Shown in pieces: positions 35,552 through 43,400 of a DNA stretch of 64,000 nt. How positions within the stretch are numbered: the stretch's first letter is position 1; each line of letters starts with the position of its first letter. Source of the DNA: Bacteroidaceae bacterium (GTDB lineage: Bacteria; Bacteroidota; Bacteroidia; Bacteroidales; Bacteroidaceae); contig JAFUAH010000004.1 in NCBI GenBank assembly GCA_017464345.1, positions 1,269 to 65,268 on the forward strand, given 5' to 3'. Position numbers and translations under genes: made by a program. The notes under the pieces are model-generated. The model saw only the letters and a list, made by a program, of their open reading frames with translations, made no database searches and had not been told where the DNA came from.

Positions 35552-35997
35552 TTCTTCTCGCTTTTAAAGACATTGAAACTGGTGCCGCGGTGACCACGGA
35601 AGACGGGGTCGGTCCAGACCTCGTCGCTCATCGAACGGAAGTTCTTGTACGTGGCCGGGCGACCAGTGACGGTGATGCTGGTCACCTTGTTGATGAGGAG
35701 GCCGAATGGGCCCTTCTTGTGCGAGAGCACGAACTGCGGTTCGAGCAGCATGTCGGCATTGCCGTTCTTCTCCAGAGCCTCGTTAATGGCGGCCTGCTTC
35801 ACGTTGGCCACACCTCCGGCCCTAACCTCCTTGCTGGGAGTCATGGTGTAGGTGATGCGCTTGGGTGCTACCTCAAGGTCGGCCACCGTGGCGTTGTACA
35901 TCGAATAGGGGACACTCTCGGTGCGTGCCGTTTTCGTTGTTGTGGTGCAGGAGGCAGCCATCAGTGCTGCCACTGCAATGAGCATATATTTCTTCAT
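35548..35997 (-). CDS. Lipoprotein of unknown function (paralog A)
   Basis: Lipobox MAASC. It is similar throughout to 36026-36487. Its stop overlaps the downstream start (ATGA). Confidence 0.65.
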   Translation of the reverse strand: MKKYMLIAVAALMAASCTTTTKTARTESVPYSMYNATVADLEVAPKRITYTMTPSKEVRAGGVANVKQAAINEALEKNGNADMLLEPQFVLSHKKGPFGLLINKVTSITVTGRPATYKNFRSMSDEVWTDPVFRGHRGTSFNVFKSEKK

Positions 35998-36025
35998 CGT
36001 TCTGTTCTCCTTTCTATATTACAGT

Positions 36026-36487
36026 TTATTTCTTTATGGGGCATGCTTCGGGATGCATGGGGGCACCTTTGTATATGTTCAGATTAGCCTTGCTGCCACG
36101 GAAGATGGGGTCGGTCCATACCTTATCGTCCAGTGAGCGGAAGTTCTTGTACTTGGCTGGACGACCGGTGACGGTGATGCTGGTTATCTTGGTGCCGAAC
36201 ATGCCCTTGCGCTTCGAGATGACGAACTGGGGTTCAACCAGCAGGTCGGCATTGCCGTTCTGCACCAGTACCTCCTGTATGGCGGCCTTCTTCACGTTGG
36301 CATCGCCTGCGCGGCGGATTTCCTTCGTGGGTACCATCGTAAAGGCTACACGGTCACCCACCTCAAGGTCGGCCACGTTAGCGTTGTACATGGTGTAGGG
36401 AATGCTCTCGGTGCGTGCCGTTTTCGTTGTTGTGGTGCAAGAGGCAAAAGCCACCACTGCACCTACGAGTAAAAGATACTTTTTCAT
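36026..36487 (-). CDS. Lipoprotein of unknown function (paralog B)
   Basis: Lipobox AFASC. The shared sequence is CTTTTKTARTES(V/I)PY(S/T)MYNA(T/N)VADLEV...ITVTGRPA(T/K)YKNFRS. Confidence 0.65.
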   Translation of the reverse strand: MKKYLLLVGAVVAFASCTTTTKTARTESIPYTMYNANVADLEVGDRVAFTMVPTKEIRRAGDANVKKAAIQEVLVQNGNADLLVEPQFVISKRKGMFGTKITSITVTGRPAKYKNFRSLDDKVWTDPIFRGSKANLNIYKGAPMHPEACPIKK

Positions 36488-36622
36488 AACTTTTGTTTTT
36501 TGGTGAATAATTAAAGTTGTATGATGTTAACTTTTTGCAAAAGTAACACTTCTGTAAACCAAAGTGCTGCATCCGTGCGTTGCACTTTGTGACACATGCG
36601 TTGCAAAGTGTCACACGGGCGG

Positions 36623-36952
36623 TCAGTCGAGCGACTCCCTGAGCAGTTGCAGGAGGGCAGGAGGCAGTCCAGCGGTCTGCACACGGCCGCCTACGATAGG
36701 CAGCACGATGGTTGGCGGCTGAATGTCAGGCGCGTGCTCCGGCGCAAAGTAGACATTATGGATGAAATCGTAATCAAGCACATCGGAAATGAGTATCAGG
36801 CGCTCGATGTCGATGCTCTTGCTCTCGAAGATGCGGTAGAGACTGGTGCGCGCCACATGTATCTGACGGGCAAACTCGGCATAGTTCATGTGCGAATCAT
36901 CCAACCGTTGCTGGATAATCTTACCTATGTATATATTATTGTAACTATGCAT
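36623..36952 (-). CDS. XRE-like HTH transcriptional regulator
   Basis: IGKIIQQRLDDSHMNYAEFARQIHVARTSLYRIFESKSIDIERLILISDVL. Confidence 0.65.
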   Translation of the reverse strand: MHSYNNIYIGKIIQQRLDDSHMNYAEFARQIHVARTSLYRIFESKSIDIERLILISDVLDYDFIHNVYFAPEHAPDIQPPTIVLPIVGGRVQTAGLPPALLQLLRESLD

Positions 36953-36973
36953 CTCGTATATAAATATAATTAA

Positions 36974-37166
36974 GGCGTGAGTATATTACTTATTAGCATC
37001 TTGAGGCCTTCGACTGCCCTGACTCTGTAATAAGTAAACTCACGCCATACGCATATATCACCCCCCGGACACGGGGTAGTTATATACACTGCGTGAGCAT
37101 TACTGCTTACCATCCAGAGTCATGAAGTTGTCGAAGTTTCAAGAAGGATAATAGCGTAATCGCTCA
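36974..37166 (-). other. Structured 5' leader / possible ncRNA: two related long hairpins
   Basis: Hairpin 1 (36974-37046) has 8 + 10 bp arms. Hairpin 2 (37094-37166) has 10 bp with one bulge. Both start with GCGTGAG. TAACTTTG on the minus strand at about 37217-37228 would place them in the leader of the HTH gene. Confidence 0.35.
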
Positions 37167-37339
37167 TTTTACGAAAATGTGCTGATGTGTCTCCCACGCT
37201 TGGGCGTCAGCATTAGCGCAAAGTTAAGAAATAAATTTTTTATACGACCTCATTTGAACTAAAAGTTGTAATATATTTGGCATTTCAGTCGCTTTACATT
37301 ATCTTTGCCCATGAGAATTCAAGACTGAAGGACAACACT

Positions 37340-38548
37340 ATGACCATAAGACGGACAACTATACTCCTCCTATACCTATTACTCTATACGTGCGCACAAG
37401 GCGCAAACGACATACTGCCGGACGACACGGCCACCTGGACGGGACGAATGCAGCGTCGGCTGGACTCGCTGGTGAACCTGCCCTTGTTCCGTACCACGCA
37501 AGTGGGACTGTACGTGCGCGACCTGACCACGGGGCGCGACCTGGTGAGCGTGAACCGCCACCAGCGTATGCGCCCGGCCAGCAACCAGAAGGTGGTGACG
37601 GCCGTGGCGGCCCTGCACTGTCTGGGGGCGAAGCACTGCTACCGCACGCAGATGTGGCTGACGGGCCAGGTGTGCGACAGTGTGCTGCAGGGCAACGTCT
37701 GTGTGGTGGGCGGTATGGACCCTCTGCTCTCACAGGGTGAGGTGATGCGCATGGCCGAGGCACTGCACGAGGCTGGCATCGACAGCATTGCGGGCAACAT
37801 CTGTCTGGACCTGACGATGAAGAACAGCGACGACTGGGGATGGGGATGGTGTTGGGACGACGACATGACGCCCCTGCGCCCGCTCTTGGTGGATAAGAAA
37901 GACCGCTTCACGAGCGAACTGCTCGGCGACATGGCCCATGTGGGCATACGCGGAGACTATGGCAGTCGTGTGACACAAGGCGAGTGCCCACAGGAGGGCC
38001 GCCTGTTCTGCGAGGTGACGCACACGGTGGAGCAGGCACTGCAGCGCATGATGAAGCGGTCGGACAACTACTATGCCGAGAGCATGTTCTACCTGCTGGG
38101 GGTACAGGGCGGCCGAAAGCGGGTGGGCCGGAAGGAGTGCGCCAGCGAGGTGGAGCGCGTCATCCGTGCCGTGGGACTGAATCCGGCGGACTACCAAGTG
38201 GCCGACGGCAGTGGTGTCTCGCTCTACAACTACGTGTCGCCCGAACTGCTGGTGCGCCTGCTCGAACATGCCTGGCGCACGGAGCGCATCCGTCAGGCGC
38301 TGTACCCCAGTCTGCCCATCGCCGGAGTAGATGGGACGCTGGAGAAGCGTATGCGCCGTACAGCCGCAGAGGGCAACGTACATGCCAAGACGGGCACCGT
38401 GGCCGGTGTGAGCAGCCTGAGCGGCTACGCCACTTCGCCCGAGGGGCACATACTCTGTTTCAGTATCATCAACCAGGGCATACCTTCCGCACAATTGGGC
38501 CGCGACTGGCAAGACAAGGTGTGCGAAGTGCTCTGTAGCAAACTATAG
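37340..38548 (+). CDS. dacB: D-alanyl-D-alanine carboxypeptidase/endopeptidase (PBP4, S13 family)
   Basis: Motifs are PASNQKV (SxxK), SDN (KRSDNYYAE) and KTGT (HAKTGTVAG). TATCTTTG at 37300-37307 supports the ATG at 37340. Confidence 0.85.
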   Translation: MTIRRTTILLLYLLLYTCAQGANDILPDDTATWTGRMQRRLDSLVNLPLFRTTQVGLYVRDLTTGRDLVSVNRHQRMRPASNQKVVTAVAALHCLGAKHCYRTQMWLTGQVCDSVLQGNVCVVGGMDPLLSQGEVMRMAEALHEAGIDSIAGNICLDLTMKNSDDWGWGWCWDDDMTPLRPLLVDKKDRFTSELLGDMAHVGIRGDYGSRVTQGECPQEGRLFCEVTHTVEQALQRMMKRSDNYYAESMFYLLGVQGGRKRVGRKECASEVERVIRAVGLNPADYQVADGSGVSLYNYVSPELLVRLLEHAWRTERIRQALYPSLPIAGVDGTLEKRMRRTAAEGNVHAKTGTVAGVSSLSGYATSPEGHILCFSIINQGIPSAQLGRDWQDKVCEVLCSKL

Positions 38549-38577
38549 GGCCCATAAGACCCATAAATCATAAGACT

Positions 38578-39813
38578 ATGAAGTACAAGCTTATTGTCCT
38601 CGACGTTGACGGCACAATGCTCAACTCGAACCGCGAACTGACAAAGCGCACGGTGCAGACCCTGCGCAGGGTGCAACAAATGGGTATCCGGGTGGCACTG
38701 GCTTCGGGACGGCCCACATACGGCATACTGCCGCTGGCACGGGCCATAGACCTGGGCGTGTATGAGGGTTATATCATCTCGTACAACGGTGCACAGGTGA
38801 TGGCGGCCCGGGACGGCCAAGTGCTCTTCGAGCGGCGCATCGACCCCCAGATGGTGCCCTACCTGGAGAAGAAGGCCCGGAAGATGGGACTCACCATGGC
38901 CTACTACGACGGCAACGAGGTGGTCTCGACGGACACGACGAACCCGCACATCGTGGATGAGGCCGAGATGAACGGCATGACACTGCGCCAGGACGACGTG
39001 CTCTCCCTCTCGATGGACGACTGGCCTGCCGAGGTGATGCTGGTCAGCGACGACGAGCAGGCGCTCAGTAGTCTGGCCGAGCACATGCAGCGCCACCTGA
39101 GCGGTGTCATGGACACCATACACTCCAACCCCTACTACCTGGAGATTGTGGGCTACCAGGTGGGCAAGAGCTATGCCATGAGTGCCCTGGTGCAGAAGAT
39201 GGGCATCGGGCTGGACGAGGTGCTGGCCATCGGCGACGGCGAGGCCGACATCAACATGATACAGATGGCCGGTACGGGCGTGGCCATGGCCAATGCCACC
39301 GAGGGTGTGCGGCGCTGTGCCGACTTCACGACGCTCTCCTGCGACGAGGACGGTGCTGCCGTGGCCATAGAGAAGGCCATCATGCAGGAAGTGCGCATCA
39401 CCGACGTACCCATCGACGCGCTGAACGCCCAGAGCGGCTCGACACTGATGGGCAACCTGGGCATACAATATACCTTTGCCAGCGCCGAGCGCGTGGAGGC
39501 AACGATGCCCGTCGATCACCGCACACGCCAGCCCTTCGGCATCCTGCACGGCGGAGCCACACTGGCCCTGGCCGAGACGGTGGCCGGACTGGGCTCCATG
39601 ATAGCCTGTCAGCCCGACGAGGCCGTCGTGGGTATGCAGGTCAGCGGCAACCACGTCAGCAGTGCCCACGAGGGCGACACCGTACGTGCCGTCTGCACTC
39701 CCGTCCACCTGGGCCGTTCGAGCCACGTATGGAACGTCGATGTCTTCACCTCCACCGACAAACTCGTCTCCAGCATCCGCGTGGTGAACGCCGTGATGAA
39801 GAAGCGCGGCTAA
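38578..39813 (+). CDS. Fusion of Cof-type HAD-IIB hydrolase and PaaI/YdiI-type hotdog thioesterase
   Basis: The N-terminus has LIVLDVDGTML, ASGR and AIGDGEADINM. The C-terminus has NLGIQY...ATMPVD...QPFGILHGGATLALAET..G. Confidence 0.8.
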   Translation: MKYKLIVLDVDGTMLNSNRELTKRTVQTLRRVQQMGIRVALASGRPTYGILPLARAIDLGVYEGYIISYNGAQVMAARDGQVLFERRIDPQMVPYLEKKARKMGLTMAYYDGNEVVSTDTTNPHIVDEAEMNGMTLRQDDVLSLSMDDWPAEVMLVSDDEQALSSLAEHMQRHLSGVMDTIHSNPYYLEIVGYQVGKSYAMSALVQKMGIGLDEVLAIGDGEADINMIQMAGTGVAMANATEGVRRCADFTTLSCDEDGAAVAIEKAIMQEVRITDVPIDALNAQSGSTLMGNLGIQYTFASAERVEATMPVDHRTRQPFGILHGGATLALAETVAGLGSMIACQPDEAVVGMQVSGNHVSSAHEGDTVRAVCTPVHLGRSSHVWNVDVFTSTDKLVSSIRVVNAVMKKRG

Positions 39814-39830
39814 GCCAACACCCATTATCA

Positions 39831-39985
39831 CCCGTAGGAACAAGTAACAAAGCCCATAGAAGCAAGTGACAAAGTCCGCAGGGACAACATGCTCTGCCAT
39901 ATAGTGGCAGAAATGTCTGCCATAGTATGGCAGAAACTTTTGCCATATAGTGGCAGACGAGGTAGCCCGTAGGGACAAGTACACG
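39831..39985. repeat. Degenerate 22-23-bp tandem array (about 7 units), middle three units palindromic
   Basis: Units start near 39831, 39853, 39875, 39894, 39917, 39940 and 39966. The palindromes are CTGCCATATAGTGGCAG, TCTGCCATAGTATGGCAGA and TGCCATATAGTGGCA. Confidence 0.75.
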
Positions 39986-40037
39986 CGTCTGTACAGATTA
40001 CCCCTTTTGTGGTATTGCACGGCCACGGGAATGTCCG

Positions 40038-40045
40038 TAACTTTG
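40038..40045 (+). promoter_or_regulatory. -7 box TAACTTTG upstream of cysK
   Basis: Exact TAnnTTTG match about 45 nt upstream of the ATG at 40090. Confidence 0.45.
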
Positions 40046-40089
40046 CACTCAGAAAAGGACAAACAGTTTAACCATTAATATAATAAGGT

Positions 40090-41031
40090 ATGATTTACAA
40101 GAATCTGACAGAGTTGGTAGGCAATACACCGCTCGTAGAGTTGCAGCGACTGGCTGCCCAGAAGGGTGCCAAGGCACAGGTAGTGGCAAAGGTGGAATAC
40201 TTCAATCCAGGCGGAAGCGTGAAGGATCGCATAGCCCTGAACATGATTGAGGATGCCGAACGGCGCGGCGTGCTGAAGCCCGGAGCCACCATCATTGAAC
40301 CCACAAGCGGCAACACCGGCGTCGGCCTGGCATGGATTAGCCGTGTGAAGGGCTATCAGGCCATCATCACCATGCCCGAGACCATGAGTAAGGAGCGCCA
40401 GAATCTGCTGCGTGCAGCCGGAGCCAAGCTCGTCCTGACCGACGGCTCGAAGGGCATGAAGGGTGCCATCGCCGAGGCTAACCGCCTGAAGGAGGAGATT
40501 CCCGGAGCCGTCATCCTGCAACAGTTCCAGAACCCTGCCAACCCCGAGATACACCAGCAGCGGACGGGTGAGGAAATCTGGCGCGACACGGACGGACGGG
40601 TCGATGTCTTTGTGGCCGGCGTAGGTACGGGCGGCACGGTGACCGGTGTCGGTCGCACGCTGAAGCGCTACAATCCCGACGTGAAGATTATAGCCGTAGA
40701 GCCACAGAGCAGCCCCGTGCTGAGCGGTGGTCAGCCTGGCCCGCATAAGATACAAGGCATCGGTGCCGGCTTCGTGCCCGATACGTACGGCAGCGACGTG
40801 GTCGATGAAATCATTCAGGTGGCCGACGACGATGCCATCCGCACGGGTCGCGAACTGAGCCTCAACGAGGGACTACTCGTAGGCATCTCCAGCGGCGCAG
40901 CCACCTACGCAGCCCTGCAAGTGGCACAGCGCCCCGAATTGGCTGGCAAGCGCATCGTGGTTCTCCTGCCCGACACCGGCGAACGCTACCTCTCCACACT
41001 GCTCTATGCTTTCGAAGACTATCCTTTGTAA
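40090..41031 (+). CDS. cysK: Cysteine synthase A (O-acetylserine sulfhydrylase)
   Basis: Motifs are [15 protein letters not shown] and GVGTGGT. Confidence 0.9.
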   Translation: MIYKNLTELVGNTPLVELQRLAAQKGAKAQVVAKVEYFNPGGSVKDRIALNMIEDAERRGVLKPGATIIEPTSGNTGVGLAWISRVKGYQAIITMPETMSKERQNLLRAAGAKLVLTDGSKGMKGAIAEANRLKEEIPGAVILQQFQNPANPEIHQQRTGEEIWRDTDGRVDVFVAGVGTGGTVTGVGRTLKRYNPDVKIIAVEPQSSPVLSGGQPGPHKIQGIGAGFVPDTYGSDVVDEIIQVADDDAIRTGRELSLNEGLLVGISSGAATYAALQVAQRPELAGKRIVVLLPDTGERYLSTLLYAFEDYPL

Positions 41032-41055
41032 AATTCAAAATAAATAAATTCAAAA

Positions 41056-41697
41056 TTGATAATTGCCGATAGACAAGAAATAACGCGATATGCCTTGATG
41101 CAGCTCGCCAGAGAGCTGGGCATGACCGAAGGAATCACTATCGCCCTGAACACGTCAGCCATACGCGATGCGCTGCGTGTTCAGGGCGTGTCTGCTTCGG
41201 AGCTCGTCGTCCTCGACTACTCTACCCTCAACATCACCGAGGAGGAGCTACTCATGCTGCACTTCCGCTACCCATGTGCCCACTTTCTGCTCTTCAGCGA
41301 GCAACTTAGCCGCGACCTCCTGCGCCGCCTGCTTTTGGGCAACAAGCAGTTCAGCGTCGTACTCAAGGACTCTTCTATCGCCGAGGTGCGCCAGGCACTA
41401 CAGTATGCCCTGCGCAACCAGCAGTACATCTGCACCGATGCCCAGGCACTCATCAGCATGCCCGAGCATTCAGCCCCTGACCGTTCCCCACTCTCCCGCA
41501 CCGAGCGCGACATACTGCGCCTCATGGCCTTGGGCAAGAACAGCAAGGCCATTGCCGCCGAGCGTTTCCTCTCCGTCTACACCGTGATGACCCATCGCAA
41601 GAACATCTTCCGCAAACTGCAGGTCAATAACGCACAGGAGGCCATACGCTATGCACTGCGTGCCGGCATCGTAGACCCGCTGGAGTACTACATCTGA
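41056..41697 (+). CDS. LuxR-family regulator with degenerate receiver-like N-terminal domain
   Basis: TTG start. The C-terminal HTH is LSRTERDILRLMALGKNSKAIAAERFLSVYTVMTHRKNIFRKL. The N-terminus lacks the usual acidic DD pair (IIADRQEITR). Confidence 0.7.
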   Translation: MIIADRQEITRYALMQLARELGMTEGITIALNTSAIRDALRVQGVSASELVVLDYSTLNITEEELLMLHFRYPCAHFLLFSEQLSRDLLRRLLLGNKQFSVVLKDSSIAEVRQALQYALRNQQYICTDAQALISMPEHSAPDRSPLSRTERDILRLMALGKNSKAIAAERFLSVYTVMTHRKNIFRKLQVNNAQEAIRYALRAGIVDPLEYYI

Positions 41698-41789
41698 CAA
41701 CTGCTAAGGGAGGCAGTTTCCCCTTCCCCATTGCAAGTTACTCTCATCGTAAAGTTTTTTCAATATCATGTAATTCGTGGTTAAAATAA

Positions 41790-41832
41790 AAAGAGAGGCT
41801 ATGTCGTTTTCATTTTGACATAGCCTCTCTTT
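41790..41832. terminator. Bidirectional intrinsic terminator hairpin (16-bp perfect stem)
   Basis: AAGAGAGGCTATGTC-gttttcatttt-GACATAGCCTCTCTT, flanked by A/T runs, between convergent genes. Confidence 0.75.
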
Positions 41833-41850
41833 AACATGCGAAAAAGTGAA

Positions 41851-43143
41851 TTATATCTTGTCCAGGGCCTGCGCAAGGTCGGCCAAGAGGTCGTCGATGT
41901 GCTCCGTACCGATAGACAGGCGCACGGTGGACGGCGTGATGTGCTGTTCGGCCAGTTCGGCATCAGAGAGCTGGGAGTGCGTGGTGGTGTAGGGATGGAT
42001 GACAAGGCTCTTCACGTCTGCCACATTGGCCAAGAGAGAGAATATTTGCAGGGCATCGATGAAACGCCAAGCCTCTTCCTGTCCCCCCTTCACCTCGAAG
42101 GTGAAGATGCTGGCAGCACCGTTGGGGAAATATTTTTTGTAAAGAGCATGATCGGGATGGCTCTCCAGTGCAGGATGATTCACACGGGCCACCTTGGGAT
42201 GACTGGCCAAGAAAGCCACCACGCGCAAGGCATTCTCTACATGACGTTCCACACGCAGGCTCAGCGTCTCCAGTCCCTGCAGCAGTATCCAGGCATTGAA
42301 GGGAGAGATGGCTGCACCAGTGTCGCGAAGGATGACGGCACGGATGCGCGTCACAAAGGCGGCCGCACCAGCCACATCGGCAAACACGGCTCCATGATAC
42401 GAGGGGTCGGGCAGGGCCAGGGTGGGGAACTTGGCGGGCTCCTTCTTCCAGTCGAAACGGCCACCGTCCACAATTACACCACCCAGACTGCTACCATGGC
42501 CGCCCAGGAACTTGGTGGCTGAGTGCACCACGATGTCAGCTCCGTGCTCAATGGGGCGGATGAGGTAGGGCGTACCGAAGGTATTGTCCACGATGACGGG
42601 CACATGGTGACTGTGGGCAACGCGAGCCACACCATCGATGTCCAGTACATCACTGTTCGGGTTGCCGAATGTCTCTACGAAGACAGCCTTTGTGTTCGGA
42701 CGTATAGCAGCCTCCAAGGCCTGCAAGTCGTTGGCGCGGACAATGGTGTTAGTGATGCCCTGGGTGGAGAGCGTGTGCGTAATCAGGTTGTACGACCCAC
42801 CGTACAGATTGTCAGCAGCCACGATGTGGTCTCCGGCCTGAGCCACGTTCTGCAGGGCATACGTGATGGCAGCCGCACCTGAGGCTACTGCCAGTCCGGC
42901 CACGCCACCCTCCAGGGCAGCCACGCGTTCCTCGAACACCCCTTGGGTGGAATTGGTCAGACGACCATAAATGTTACCTGCATCACGCAGACCAAAACGG
43001 TCGGCGGCATGTTGCGAATTGCGGAAGACATACGAGGTGGTCTGATAGATGGGCACTGCCCGTGCATCCGTTGCAGGGTCGGGCTGTTCCTGCCCTACGT
43101 GTAATTGCAATGTCTCAAAGTGTAGTTTCTTTTCTTGTGCCAT
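41851..43143 (-). CDS. metY: O-acetylhomoserine sulfhydrylase (PLP-dependent)
   Basis: The fold is of the Cys/Met metabolism PLP family. [11 protein letters not shown] contains the PLP lysine context. Confidence 0.85.
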   Translation of the reverse strand: MAQEKKLHFETLQLHVGQEQPDPATDARAVPIYQTTSYVFRNSQHAADRFGLRDAGNIYGRLTNSTQGVFEERVAALEGGVAGLAVASGAAAITYALQNVAQAGDHIVAADNLYGGSYNLITHTLSTQGITNTIVRANDLQALEAAIRPNTKAVFVETFGNPNSDVLDIDGVARVAHSHHVPVIVDNTFGTPYLIRPIEHGADIVVHSATKFLGGHGSSLGGVIVDGGRFDWKKEPAKFPTLALPDPSYHGAVFADVAGAAAFVTRIRAVILRDTGAAISPFNAWILLQGLETLSLRVERHVENALRVVAFLASHPKVARVNHPALESHPDHALYKKYFPNGAASIFTFEVKGGQEEAWRFIDALQIFSLLANVADVKSLVIHPYTTTHSQLSDAELAEQHITPSTVRLSIGTEHIDDLLADLAQALDKI

Positions 43144-43230
43144 AGTGCTTCTTATTATTTATTTGTTATATTATTTGTTATGCTTACTTATCAATGCGAA
43201 TCATCTACACTGCAAAGTTACATATAAACA

Positions 43231-43272
43231 GCAGAATATCCCAAATATTTTACTTTATTTGGAATATTCTGC
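43231..43272. promoter_or_regulatory. 17-bp-arm inverted repeat upstream of the metY promoter
   Basis: GCAGAATATCCCAAATA-8 nt-TATTTGGAATATTCTGC (one mismatch). TAACTTTG (minus) lies just downstream, around 43211-43220. Confidence 0.45.
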
Positions 43273-43400
43273 CAAATCAGTTATAAGTAATAATAATAAT
43301 ATTCTATAAAAGAGTTTCAAACAAATAACAGACAGAATAATATTCTTCGGAGAGAATATCCGAACCTTTCCGCCCATTGTCGGCAAGACAACAGAGCAGG

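Noticed and set aside
39831-39985. Possible CRISPR array (regular 22-23-bp periodicity, palindromic units)
   Set aside because: The units are contiguous with no unique spacers, the period is too short, and there are no cas genes. It is a tandem repeat or operator-like array instead.
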